Counted from the first letter of the stretch, positions 19,122 through 27,475 are shown. The stretch: DNA of 32,000 nt from Rhodobacter capsulatus SB 1003 (GCF_000021865.1 NC_014034.1:2520001-2552000); one strand, 5' to 3'. Translations and numbers: made by a program. The notes: a model not told the origin generated them from the sequence alone.

Positions 19122-19673
19122 TCAGCCGCGGCGGCGCGGTCCGAAATCGGCCAGCGTCACCACGCCGTCGCCGGTGCGGTCGCGCATCGCAAACCAGCGA
19201 TCGCTGCCCGCGACGAATTCGGCCTGCGTCACCCGGCCGTCGCCATTGCCGTCAAGCCGAAGCATCTGATCGGCGGCCGGGGCAAAGAAGCCCTGCCCCG
19301 CCATCCCCTGACCTTGACCTTGGCCCTGACCTTGCCCCATGCCGCGTCCCATCCCGGCGCGCGGCATTACCCCGTCGGCGCGCTGATGCCCGGGGCCCAT
19401 CCCGGCCTCCAGCTGCGCCTGTTTGAACTCGTCGATACCCGCCAGTTCCGCGGCCGAAAAGCTGCCGTCGCCATCGCTGTCGAACATGGCGAAGATGTCG
19501 GCGCGGTGGCTGCGGGCCTCGGCCAGGGTCACCTGACCGTCGCCGTCCAGATCCCATTGCGCCAGGAACGCCTGCCCCGGCACCACCGCCGGATCGGCCG
19601 CCTGTTGCGCCACTGCGGGCAGGGCCGCGCCACAAAGCGCCACGATCGTCGCAAATTTCAGAACGCGTGTCAT
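19122..19673 (-). CDS. Secreted EF-hand calcium-binding protein with a Met/Gly/Gln-rich central linker
   Basis: 183 aa. Signal peptide MTRVLKFATIVALCGAALPAVAQQ. Four DxDxDG loops: DLDGDGQVT, DSDGDGSFS, DGNGDGRVT, DRTGDGVVT. The linker is GMGPGHQRADGVMPRAGMGRGMGQGQGQGQGQGMAGQG. Confidence 0.8.
   Translation of the reverse strand: MTRVLKFATIVALCGAALPAVAQQAADPAVVPGQAFLAQWDLDGDGQVTLAEARSHRADIFAMFDSDGDGSFSAAELAGIDEFKQAQLEAGMGPGHQRADGVMPRAGMGRGMGQGQGQGQGQGMAGQGFFAPAADQMLRLDGNGDGRVTQAEFVAGSDRWFAMRDRTGDGVVTLADFGPRRRG
19306..19337 (-). repeat. Hexanucleotide microsatellite (GGN-CAR)x5 encoding the (GQ)5 run inside the EF-hand gene
   Basis: The + strand reads ccctgaccttgaccttggccctgaccttgcccc, five tandem CYTGRC units in frame. 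Confidence 0.85.
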
Positions 19674-19749
19674 CGCAGATCCCTTTCATGCTGATCTTGC
19701 AATATGAACGCGCAAGCGCCGCGATTCCGTCGCCGGGCCGGAAAGATCC

Positions 19750-20379
19750 TCAGCCCGGCAGGCGCGAGGACAGCGCCGCGAAGGGCTGCCAATCGCCCGC
19801 AGGCCCCTCGAACCAGGGCATCATGTAGACGCAAAGCCCCGCCGCCCGGGCCGCCGCCAGCCCCGCGGCGCTGTCCTCGACCACCGCCACCGTCTCGGGC
19901 GGCAGGCCAAGCCGTGCGAGCGCCAGCAGATAGGGCTCGGGATCGGGCTTGCCGCGGCGGACATCGTGACGGCTGACCGTGCGCACCGCTCCGGGGGCCA
20001 GCCCCAGCCGGGTCAGGTTCGCCCGCACGATCCCCTCGGGCGAGTTCGACACGATCGCCTGAGAAAGCCCCGCCGCTTGCGCCCGCGCCCAAAGATCGGT
20101 GGCGATCCGGAAGGGATGCACCTCCTCGATGCGGGCCAGATAGGCGGCGAAACGCAGCTCGGACCAATGCGCAAGGGACAGCGTCAGCCCGTGTTCGGCC
20201 GCAAGGATCGCATGGATCGCATCCTCGCTTTTGCCGATCAGGCCTTCGTGGAAATCCGCGGGCAGCGTCAGACCGCAGGCCCGCGCCGCATCGACGAAGG
20301 AGAGCCGATGCACCGGCTCGCTGTCCAGAAGCGTGCCGTCCATGTCCCACAAGATCGCGCGCAGGGGCTGGTCCATCAT
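19750..20379 (-). CDS. HAD-IA family hydrolase (sugar-phosphate phosphatase-like)
   Basis: 209 aa. Motif I DMDGTLLDSEP, SNS motif II, and GKPDPEPY..VEDS motifs III/IV. The start overlaps the stop of the upstream kinase (ATGA). Confidence 0.85.
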   Translation of the reverse strand: MMDQPLRAILWDMDGTLLDSEPVHRLSFVDAARACGLTLPADFHEGLIGKSEDAIHAILAAEHGLTLSLAHWSELRFAAYLARIEEVHPFRIATDLWARAQAAGLSQAIVSNSPEGIVRANLTRLGLAPGAVRTVSRHDVRRGKPDPEPYLLALARLGLPPETVAVVEDSAAGLAAARAAGLCVYMMPWFEGPAGDWQPFAALSSRLPG

Positions 20380-22004
20380 GCCTCCCGCAGCGCGGCATCG
20401 CGCGCAAGCACCTGAAACTTCTCGAAAAGCGCGAAACGGGCGTCGTGGAAGGCGCGCAGGGCCGCTTCCCCCGGCGGGTAGCGTCGCGCGATGCGCGACA
20501 TCTGCGCCATGCCGGTGGCCACATCGGGCGCCGCCCCCGCCGCCACCGCGGCCAGGATCGCGGAGCCGAGCAGCACCGGCTCCTCGGTGTCGGGCGCGGC
20601 CACCGGCACGCCGGTCGCATCGGCCAGGATCTGGCGCACCAGATCCGACCGCCCCGCCCCGCCGCTGATCACGATCGTCGCGACCGAGGCGCCGCGTTTC
20701 GCCTGCACTTCAAGGATCTGGCGCAGCCCGTAGCCCAGCCCGCAAATCCCCGCGACATAAAGCGCAACAAGGTTGTCAAGATCGTCCTCCATCCCCAGCC
20801 CGGCGATCAGCGCGCGGGTATAGGGGTCGGCATGCGGCGCGCGGTTGCCCAGAAACTCGGGCACCACATGCAGCCCCGCCGCCAGACGGGCCACCTCGCC
20901 CCCCGCCCCTGCCAGGGCCTCGGCACGGCGCGCAAGCCAGGCGGGGAGGGAAAGCCCGGCACGGGAGGCGGCGGCCGACGCCTCGGCAGAGGCGGGATGG
21001 AACCGCAGAAGCTGATCGATCGCAGCCCCGGCGGCAGACTGACCGCCCTCGTTGAGCCAGGCCCCCGGCACCATCGCCGAATAATAGGGGCCCCAGACGC
21101 CCGGAACGAAGACGGGATCTTCGGTGGTGGTCATGGTGCACGACGAGGTGCCGAAGACGTAAGCCAGATTCGCCACAGCCCCCCCCTCGCCCGCGGCGCC
21201 GACGGTGCCGACACCGCCCGCATGGGCATCGATCAGCCCCGCCGCAACGGGCGTGCCGGGCAAAAGACCCAGATCCCGCGCGGCAGCCTCGGTCAGGCCC
21301 GCGCCCAAGGCGGTGCCGGGCATGACGACTTCGGTGCCGATGCGGGCAAAGCCTTCCTCGGCCAGGTCCGCAAGCCCGATCTGGCGGAAATAGCTTTCAT
21401 CCCAACGGCTTTCATGGCCCATATAGGTCCATTTGCAGGTCACGGTGCAGATCGAGCGCGCCGCCGAGCCCGTCGCCTTCCAGGTCAGGAAATCGGTCAG
21501 ATCAAAGAAATGCCCCGCGGCATCAAAGGTTTCGCGGCGGTGTTCCTTGAGCCACAACAGCTTCGGCGTCTCCATCTCGGGCGAGATCCGGCCGCCGACA
21601 TACTCCAGCACCCGGTGTTTCGTCGCGTTGATCCGCTCGGTCTGCGCGGTGGCGCGGTGATCCATCCAGACGATCACATCGCGCGCGGGATCCCCCGAGG
21701 GGCCGACCGGCAAGGACCGCCCCGCCGGATCCAGCACCACCAGCGAACAGGTGGCGTCAAAGCCGATCCCGGCGACATCCGCGCCCGTCAGACCCGCCGC
21801 CTTGAGCGCGCCCTGCACCGCGCGGCCGACCGCCGCCCAGATCTCGGCGCTCGATTGCTCGACGACCGAGCCTTCCTCGCGGAAAAGCGTGATCGGGTGG
21901 TGGTCGGTGCCCAGAAGATGGCCGGTCAGGTCAAAGACCCCGGCGCGGGCAGAGCCGGTGCCGACATCGACCCCGACAAGATGGCGGGCAGTGGGTGCGG
22001 ACAT
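20376..22004 (-). CDS. FGGY-family pentulose kinase (probable D-ribulokinase)
   Basis: 542 aa. GGAGGA SD. Contains the N-terminal GVDVGTGSARAGVFD and FGGY C-terminal blocks (GGGARS-like ISGGAGRSDLVRQILAD). The length and the position immediately downstream of a ribitol dehydrogenase homologue suggest ribulokinase. Confidence 0.8.
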   Translation of the reverse strand: MSAPTARHLVGVDVGTGSARAGVFDLTGHLLGTDHHPITLFREEGSVVEQSSAEIWAAVGRAVQGALKAAGLTGADVAGIGFDATCSLVVLDPAGRSLPVGPSGDPARDVIVWMDHRATAQTERINATKHRVLEYVGGRISPEMETPKLLWLKEHRRETFDAAGHFFDLTDFLTWKATGSAARSICTVTCKWTYMGHESRWDESYFRQIGLADLAEEGFARIGTEVVMPGTALGAGLTEAAARDLGLLPGTPVAAGLIDAHAGGVGTVGAAGEGGAVANLAYVFGTSSCTMTTTEDPVFVPGVWGPYYSAMVPGAWLNEGGQSAAGAAIDQLLRFHPASAEASAAASRAGLSLPAWLARRAEALAGAGGEVARLAAGLHVVPEFLGNRAPHADPYTRALIAGLGMEDDLDNLVALYVAGICGLGYGLRQILEVQAKRGASVATIVISGGAGRSDLVRQILADATGVPVAAPDTEEPVLLGSAILAAVAAGAAPDVATGMAQMSRIARRYPPGEAALRAFHDARFALFEKFQVLARDAALREA

Positions 22005-22034
22005 GGAAAATCCTCCGGGCAGGCGGCCTTGGGG

Positions 22035-22763
22035 TCAAAGATCGACGCTGTTGGGCAAAAGCACGAGATCGCGCACGACGACGCCGCGGCTGCGCGACAG
22101 CATGAAGAGAACGGCTTCCGCCACTTCGCGCGCCTGCATCAGCGAGCCATTCGCCAGGGCTTCCTCCATCTTCGCCTTCGGCCAGTCATCAAGCAGCGCC
22201 GTCACCACCGGACCGGGCAGCACCGCGCCCATGCGCACGCCATGCGGCGCCACCTGACGGCGGGTGGCGTGCAGGAAGGCCTGCACCGCGAATTTCGAGG
22301 CGGTGTAGACGGGCTCCCAGACCACCGGCACCACCCCCGCGACGGAGGAGGTGAAGATGATGTCGCCGGTCTTGCGTTCGATCATATGCGGCAGCACCGC
22401 ATTCACCGTGCGGAAGGCGGCGTTGATGTTCAAATTCAACACCTTGTCCCAGACATCCGGGTTCCCCTCGGCCGCGGGGCCGCCGACATAGGCGCCCGCA
22501 TTGGCGTGGAAGATGTCCAGATCGCCCACAAGCTTGCGGATCGCGGGCAGCATCCCCGAGACCGCCTTGCCGTCGAAAAGATCGAGCGACAGCGGATGCG
22601 CCCCCGGTCCGATCTCGGCGCAGGCGGCGGCCAGTTTCGTCTCGTCGCGGTCGATCAGCACGACCTGCGCGCCTTCCTCGACCAGGATCTTGGCGCAGGC
22701 CAGGCCGATGCCCGAAGCGGCGCCGGTGATGGCGGCGGTTTTGCCCTGCATGAGATTTGTCAT
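22035..22763 (-). CDS. rbtD: ribitol 2-dehydrogenase-like short-chain dehydrogenase
   Basis: 242 aa. TGAASGIG cofactor motif and catalytic YTASK. Long stretches ([68 protein letters not shown]-terminus) match my recollection of enterobacterial RbtD. Confidence 0.8.
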   Translation of the reverse strand: MTNLMQGKTAAITGAASGIGLACAKILVEEGAQVVLIDRDETKLAAACAEIGPGAHPLSLDLFDGKAVSGMLPAIRKLVGDLDIFHANAGAYVGGPAAEGNPDVWDKVLNLNINAAFRTVNAVLPHMIERKTGDIIFTSSVAGVVPVVWEPVYTASKFAVQAFLHATRRQVAPHGVRMGAVLPGPVVTALLDDWPKAKMEEALANGSLMQAREVAEAVLFMLSRSRGVVVRDLVLLPNSVDL

Positions 22764-22778
22764 TCTATCCTCCGGTTG

Positions 22779-24029
22779 TCAGGCGCGGCCGTGGCTGGCG
22801 CGCGATTGCCGTGCAAGCGAGTCGATGATCACGGCCACGGCCAGAACCGCCCCGGTGATCATGTAACGCAGCGACGAGCTGAGATTGAGAAGCGTCAGGC
22901 CGTTCGAAATCGACTGGATCACCAGCACGCCCAGCAGCGCCGCCCAGGCCGAGCCGCGGCCGCCGAAAAGCGAGGTGCCGCCGATGACCGCCGCCGCGAT
23001 GGCATTCAGGTTCACGTCCCCCGTCCCCGCCTGCTGGCTGGCCGTGGCCAGACGCGCGGCGGAAAACACCCCGCCAAGGGCTGCGAGCGACGAGCCCAGC
23101 ATGAAGGCGGTCAGGCGGATGCGCTTGACCTTGATGCCGGAGCGCCGCGCCGCCTCGATATTGCCGCCGACGGCGAACATCGAGCGGCCCCATTTCGTCC
23201 GGGTCAGCGCATATTGCATCGCCGCGACGCAAAGCACGAAGACGACGAACATGAAGGGCACGCCGCGGCCAAGGTTCAGATAGGCGACGGCGCCTTCCAG
23301 AAGCAGGGTCACGGCGCCCGCCTTGACCAGCACGACGCTGGCGCTGGTGCACGACAGGTTCGCCGCCGCCCGCGCCTTCATCTGCCGGAAGCCGAACCAC
23401 AGGATGCCCAGCCCCGGCACCAAAGCCAGCGCATAAGACGCCCAGTCCGGCATGATCAGGATCTGCCCGAAGCGGACCAGGAACGAGGCGTAAGGCAGGT
23501 TGATCGAGCCGGTCGGCCCGAGGATGTAAAGCTGCATGCCCAGAAGCGCGAGCAGCCCCGAGAGGGTGGAAACGAAACTCGGCATGGTGAAGCGGTTCAG
23601 AAGCGTCGCATAGATCGCCCCCATCGTCGCCCCGGCCGAAAGCGCCGCCAGAATGGCCAGCGGCAAGGGCACCCCCATGTTGACCCAAAGAACGCCGACC
23701 AAGGCCGAGGCCAGCCCGCTCATCGAGCCGACGGAAAGGTCGATTTCCCCCAAAAGCAGGATCAGCACGATGCCCAGCGAAATAAACCCCACTGCGGCGG
23801 CATCGAACAGCAGGTTGACGAGGTTGTTGGGCAGCAGGAAGACCGGGTTCAGGGTGGAAAAGACCACCGAAATCAGGATCAGCCCCACCACGACCGGCAG
23901 GATGCCCAGATCGCCCGAGCGGATGCGGTCGATGAAGGCGCGGGCGGCACCGGCAAGCCCGGTATCGGCCCGCACCCGGGCATCGGCGCGGTCATAGGCG
24001 ATGGGCGAGGCGTCGGGTTTCATGCTCAT
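22779..24029 (-). CDS. sugar ABC transporter permease (XylH/RbsC-like)
   Basis: 416 aa and highly hydrophobic with about 10-12 TM segments. ATGA overlap with the upstream ATPase gene. The C-terminal half resembles AraH/XylH-type permeases. Confidence 0.85.
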   Translation of the reverse strand: MSMKPDASPIAYDRADARVRADTGLAGAARAFIDRIRSGDLGILPVVVGLILISVVFSTLNPVFLLPNNLVNLLFDAAAVGFISLGIVLILLLGEIDLSVGSMSGLASALVGVLWVNMGVPLPLAILAALSAGATMGAIYATLLNRFTMPSFVSTLSGLLALLGMQLYILGPTGSINLPYASFLVRFGQILIMPDWASYALALVPGLGILWFGFRQMKARAAANLSCTSASVVLVKAGAVTLLLEGAVAYLNLGRGVPFMFVVFVLCVAAMQYALTRTKWGRSMFAVGGNIEAARRSGIKVKRIRLTAFMLGSSLAALGGVFSAARLATASQQAGTGDVNLNAIAAAVIGGTSLFGGRGSAWAALLGVLVIQSISNGLTLLNLSSSLRYMITGAVLAVAVIIDSLARQSRASHGRA

Positions 24030-24829
24030 TGCTGGGCCCTTGTTCTTTCGATGGCATCGCGGCGGGCGGCGACATTGTCATCGGCGCCCATGATCGCCGC
24101 CACGATCTGCTCGCGCGTGGCGTCCTTGGTGAAAACGCCGTTGTTGCGACCAAGCCGCAGCACCGCGATGCGGTCGGACACGGCGCGGACATTGTCCATG
24201 TTGTGGGAAATCAGGATCACGCCATAGCCGCGATCGCGCAGCCGCTCGATCAGGTTCAACACCTCGGCGGTCTGGGCGACCCCCAGCGCAGCGGTGGGCT
24301 CATCGAGCATGACGATCTTCGGCTCCAGCAGCAGCGAGCGCGCGATCGCCACGGTCTGGCGCTGCCCGCCCGAAAGCGAGGCGATGGGCTCGCGCACCGA
24401 AGGGATGCGGGCCGCAAGTTCGCCCAGCAATTGCCAGGCGCGGACCTCCATCTGCACCTCATCCAAGGCCCAGGGCGACAGCTCCTGCCCCAGGAACAGG
24501 TTCGCCACCACGTCCAGATTTTCGCACAGCGACAGATCCTGAAAGACGGTGGAAATGCCCAGGGTCAGCGCCGCCGAGGGGCTGTCGATGCTGACCGGCC
24601 GCCCCATGAATTCGATCGTGCCCGATGTGGGCTGAAACACCCCCGCCAGGATCTTGATCAGCGTGCTTTTGCCCGCGCCATTGTCGCCCACCAGCGCCAC
24701 CACCTCGCCCGCATGAACGTCAAGGTCGATGTCGCTCAGCGCCGAGACGGCGCCAAAGGTCTTGGTGATCCCGCGCAGGCGCAGGACCGGCTCGCGCGCG
24801 GGCGCAAGCGACGCATCATTCACAGCCAT
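24026..24829 (-). CDS. sugar ABC transporter ATP-binding protein (single NBD)
   Basis: 267 aa. Walker A GDNGAGKST, signature LSGGQRQ, Walker B IVMLDEPTAAL, H-loop ISHN. GGAGGAG SD. Confidence 0.9.
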   Translation of the reverse strand: MAVNDASLAPAREPVLRLRGITKTFGAVSALSDIDLDVHAGEVVALVGDNGAGKSTLIKILAGVFQPTSGTIEFMGRPVSIDSPSAALTLGISTVFQDLSLCENLDVVANLFLGQELSPWALDEVQMEVRAWQLLGELAARIPSVREPIASLSGGQRQTVAIARSLLLEPKIVMLDEPTAALGVAQTAEVLNLIERLRDRGYGVILISHNMDNVRAVSDRIAVLRLGRNNGVFTKDATREQIVAAIMGADDNVAARRDAIERTRAQQ

Positions 24830-24850
24830 CAGGCTCTCCTCCCCAGTGCG

Positions 24851-24874
24851 GCGCAGGCAGTCGCCCGCCTGCGC
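24851..24874 (-). other. Intercistronic stem-loop between the SBP and ATPase genes (no U-tract)
   Basis: GCGCAGGC (24851-58), 8-nt loop, GCCTGCGC (24867-74). Lies 22 nt upstream of the ATPase start on the - strand. This is the typical position of mRNA-stabilising or attenuating hairpins after SBP genes. Confidence 0.6.
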
Positions 24875-24887
24875 CCTTCGGTCACAG

Positions 24888-24941
24888 CTTACGCGATCCG
24901 CAGACCTTACTCGATGCCCGGACCTTACTCGATGCCCAGGG
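24888..24941 (-). repeat. Three tandem 18-bp units spanning the SBP gene stop codon
   Basis: Units start at 24888, 24906 and 24924 (CTTAC[G/T]CGAT[C/G]C..). Units 2 and 3 are nearly identical. Unit 1 matches unit 2 at 14 of 18 positions. Each unit carries an in-frame TAA on the - strand. Confidence 0.85.
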
Positions 24942-25971
24942 CCTTGCAGCCCTCGGCATATTCGCCGGTGCAGATCTCGGCGGCGGTCTGAATGCCCTTG
25001 TCGAAGATCTCGGCCTTGATGTTTTCGCGCGTCACCACGGCCGGAACGAAAAGCTCCGAGGGCGTGTCGTAAAGCGTGGTTTTCGGCGCGGGGGTTTCGC
25101 CCTTGAGGAAGGTCACGGCCACGTTCGCGGCAGCTTCGGCGACGATTTCCGAGGGTTTCGAGATCGTGTTGTATTGATCGCCCGCGATGATCAGCTGCAG
25201 CGCCGCGATGGTGGCGTCGTTGCCGGTGACCGGCGGGATCGGATCGACGCCCGCCGCTTTCAGCGCCGCAATCGCGCCGCCGCCGGTGCCGTCATTGGCC
25301 GCGACGATGCCCTTGATCTGATCGCCAAAGCGGGTGATCTGCCCGGCGGTCCATTCCTGCGCCTTCGGCGGCGCCCAATCGGGCGTGTCGAATTCGGAAA
25401 GCTTGGTATAGGGCGATTCCTCCAGCGCGCGGTGGATGCCGTCGCGGATCAGACCGGCGGCCGCATCGGTGGGCGAGCCGTTGATTTCCAGCACCCCCGC
25501 GCCGTCCGGCACGCCCGAGGCCTTCATGTGATCGACCAGCGATTTCGCGATCGCATAGCCGATGCCCTCATTGTCGAAGGAGACGTAGTAATCGGCCGGT
25601 TTCGCCGGGATCGGACGGTCATAGGCGATGACCTTGACGCCCTGCGACTGCGCGATTTCCACCAGACCGGCGGCGGCGGCGCTGTCGACCGGATCGAGCA
25701 CGATCACCTTGGCCCCCTGCGCGATCACCGAGTTGAACTGCTGCTGTTGCAGCGCCACATCGGCATTGGCGTTCTGATAGATCACCGTGCACTCGGCGCA
25801 AAGCTTGTCCATCGCCGCCTTGAAGCCGGGGAAATCGTGCTGCTCGTAACGGGTCGAGGCCTGGTCGGGCATCAGGAAAGCCACCGTGGCCGCCTCCTGC
25901 GCGCTGGCCGCGGCGCCGAAGAAAGCCGCGACAAGAACCGAAGCCCCCGCCAGCGAAATCGTCTTGTTCAT
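24925..25971 (-). CDS. sugar/polyol ABC transporter periplasmic substrate-binding protein (XylF-like)
   Basis: Start ATG 25971 (GGAGGAG SD) gives signal peptide MNKTISLAGASVLVAAFFGAAASAQE. The mature part VAFLMPDQASTRYEQHDFPGFKAAM..VIVLDPVDS..KVIAYDR is type I periplasmic-binding fold. The ORF track's extra 56 N-terminal codons are Arg/Gly-rich non-coding. Confidence 0.85.
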   Translation of the reverse strand: MNKTISLAGASVLVAAFFGAAASAQEAATVAFLMPDQASTRYEQHDFPGFKAAMDKLCAECTVIYQNANADVALQQQQFNSVIAQGAKVIVLDPVDSAAAAGLVEIAQSQGVKVIAYDRPIPAKPADYYVSFDNEGIGYAIAKSLVDHMKASGVPDGAGVLEINGSPTDAAAGLIRDGIHRALEESPYTKLSEFDTPDWAPPKAQEWTAGQITRFGDQIKGIVAANDGTGGGAIAALKAAGVDPIPPVTGNDATIAALQLIIAGDQYNTISKPSEIVAEAAANVAVTFLKGETPAPKTTLYDTPSELFVPAVVTRENIKAEIFDKGIQTAAEICTGEYAEGCKALGIE

Positions 25972-26111
25972 CCTGGTCTCCTCCTCTGGATGATCCGCAA
26001 GGCCAAGGCCCGGTCTTGGCCCGGTCCCGTCGCCGGCCGCCCGGGGCGAAGCACCCGCCCGGCAGTGCCGACACGACCCGGTTGCGCCTCCTCCACGCCT
26101 CCGCCTCGCCT

Positions 26112-26149
26112 GCTTCATCGGTTGCGCAAGCTTGCTCAATCGATGAAGC
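26112..26149. promoter_or_regulatory. 38-bp near-perfect palindrome, candidate LacI-family operator in the divergent promoter region
   Basis: The sequence is GCTTCATCGGTTGCGCAAG|CTTGCTCAATCGATGAAGC, and 17 of 19 positions per half are self-complementary. It lies 60 nt upstream of the LacI-family gene and about 140 nt upstream of the SBP gene. Confidence 0.55.
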
Positions 26150-26208
26150 AGAATTGCATCCGGTTTCGATTCACGTCAAGATGGAAGATGACAACATGAC
26201 GGGAAAGC

Positions 26209-27237
26209 ATGACCGACACCCTTGGCCCCGGCCGCAAGCGCCCCACGATCTATGACCTGGCCGAACGGGCGGGAACCTCGCCCAGCGCGGTCAGCGCGGT
26301 GCTGAACGGGTCCTGGAAGAAGCGGCGGATCAGCGAAAAGCTGGCCGAGCGGATCACCGAACTGGCGCGCGATCAGGGCTATGCGGTGAATTTCCAGGCC
26401 AGCCTGCTGCGGCGGGAGCGCTCGAACATCGTCGGCATGATCGTGCCGAAATATGACAACCGCTATTTCGGCGCGATGGCCGAGCGGTTCGAGGCGGTGG
26501 CCCGCGCGCATGGGATGTTTCCGGTGATGACCTGCACGCAGCGCGACCCCGAGCTGGAATTCGAGGCCGCCCGGGCGCTTCTGTCCTATCAGGTCGATTG
26601 TCTGGTGGCGAATGGCGCGACCGACCCGGACCGGATCGCCGATCTGTGCGCCGCGGCCGGGGTGCGGGTGGTCAACCTCGATTTGCCGGGATCGAAGGCG
26701 GCCTCGGTCACCTCGGACAACTATGCCGGGGCAAAGACGCTGACGCATCTGATTCTGGATCGTTGCCGCGACGATCTGGGCTACACCGGGCCGCTGCTGT
26801 TCATCGGCGGGCGGGCGGGCGATCACAACACCGCCGAGCGGATCCGCGGCTTTCGCGCCGCCCATGCCGAACGCGGCCTGCCCCTGCCCGAGGAGGCGAT
26901 TCTGGCCTGCGGCTATTCGCCCGACAAGGCCGAACGGGCGCTCGACGCGCGGGCGGGGGCGCTGCCGCCGGGGCTCTTCGTGAACTCGACGATCACCCTC
27001 GAGGGGGTGGTGCGCTGGCTCAACCGCGCCGTGCCCGATCATGCCGGGCGGATGCGCTACGGCTGTTTCGACTATGACGCTTTCGCCGCGCAACTGCCGG
27101 ACAATGTCGGCATGATCGAGCAGGACGTGGACGGGATGATCGCCAAGGTCTTCGCGCTGATCGAGGGCGGCCCGGCCAGCCCGGCGCATTTCCGCATCCC
27201 CTGCATCCTGCGCACGCCCGCCCCGCCCCGGGGCTGA
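26209..27237 (+). CDS. LacI-family transcriptional regulator
   Basis: 342 aa. N-terminal HTH TIYDLAERAGTSPSAVSAVLNG followed by a periplasmic-binding-protein-like effector domain. Divergent from the ribitol operon. Confidence 0.9.
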   Translation: MTDTLGPGRKRPTIYDLAERAGTSPSAVSAVLNGSWKKRRISEKLAERITELARDQGYAVNFQASLLRRERSNIVGMIVPKYDNRYFGAMAERFEAVARAHGMFPVMTCTQRDPELEFEAARALLSYQVDCLVANGATDPDRIADLCAAAGVRVVNLDLPGSKAASVTSDNYAGAKTLTHLILDRCRDDLGYTGPLLFIGGRAGDHNTAERIRGFRAAHAERGLPLPEEAILACGYSPDKAERALDARAGALPPGLFVNSTITLEGVVRWLNRAVPDHAGRMRYGCFDYDAFAAQLPDNVGMIEQDVDGMIAKVFALIEGGPASPAHFRIPCILRTPAPPRG

Positions 27238-27295
27238 GCGGCCCGGGCCAAGCCCCGCTTCCGGCTTGACGCGGCGGCGAAATTGGATTTGGCTT

Positions 27296-27475
27296 GACGT
27301 GTTCAAGTTCCGGCCTGCGGGTCGGATTGAAAGGGAACACGGAACGGCCTCCGGGCCCAGACCGTGGCTGCCCCCGCAACTGTGAGCGGCGAGCGACGTC
27401 GACATGCCACTGGGCCCGCCCGGGAAGGCCGACAGAGCGAAGACCCGCGAGCCAGGAGACCTGCTTGGACATTCA
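27296..27475 (+). promoter_or_regulatory. Cobalamin (B12) riboswitch aptamer
   Basis: P1 is GTTCAAG (27301-07) paired with CTTGGAC (27464-70). Conserved core AAAGGGAAC, GGCTGCCCCCGCAACTGT, GCCACTG and GGGAAGGC is present. The B12 box is GAGCCAGGAGACCTGC (27450-65). The order and spacing match the RF00174-type consensus. Confidence 0.9.

Noticed and set aside
16014-19694. + strand ORFs 16014..17705 and 17832..19694 (563 and 620 aa)
   Set aside because: They are antisense to the opgG-like, nnrS and EF-hand genes. The translations are dominated by Arg, Gln, Pro and Gly with no domains.
19697-19716. CTTGC-N11-GCAAG inverted repeat upstream of the EF-hand gene, considered as an FNR/CRP-family site
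   Set aside because: The arm spacing gives 19-21 bp overall and does not fit the 14-bp TTGAT-N4-ATCAA architecture. The 5-bp arms could occur by chance.
20445-24227. Very long + strand ORF (1260 aa) spanning the ribitol operon region
   Set aside because: It is antisense to four well-supported minus-strand genes (kinase, SDR, permease, ATPase). Its product is Arg/Gly/Pro/His-rich low complexity with no motifs. This is a typical shadow ORF of GC-rich DNA, where stop codons are rare in antisense frames.
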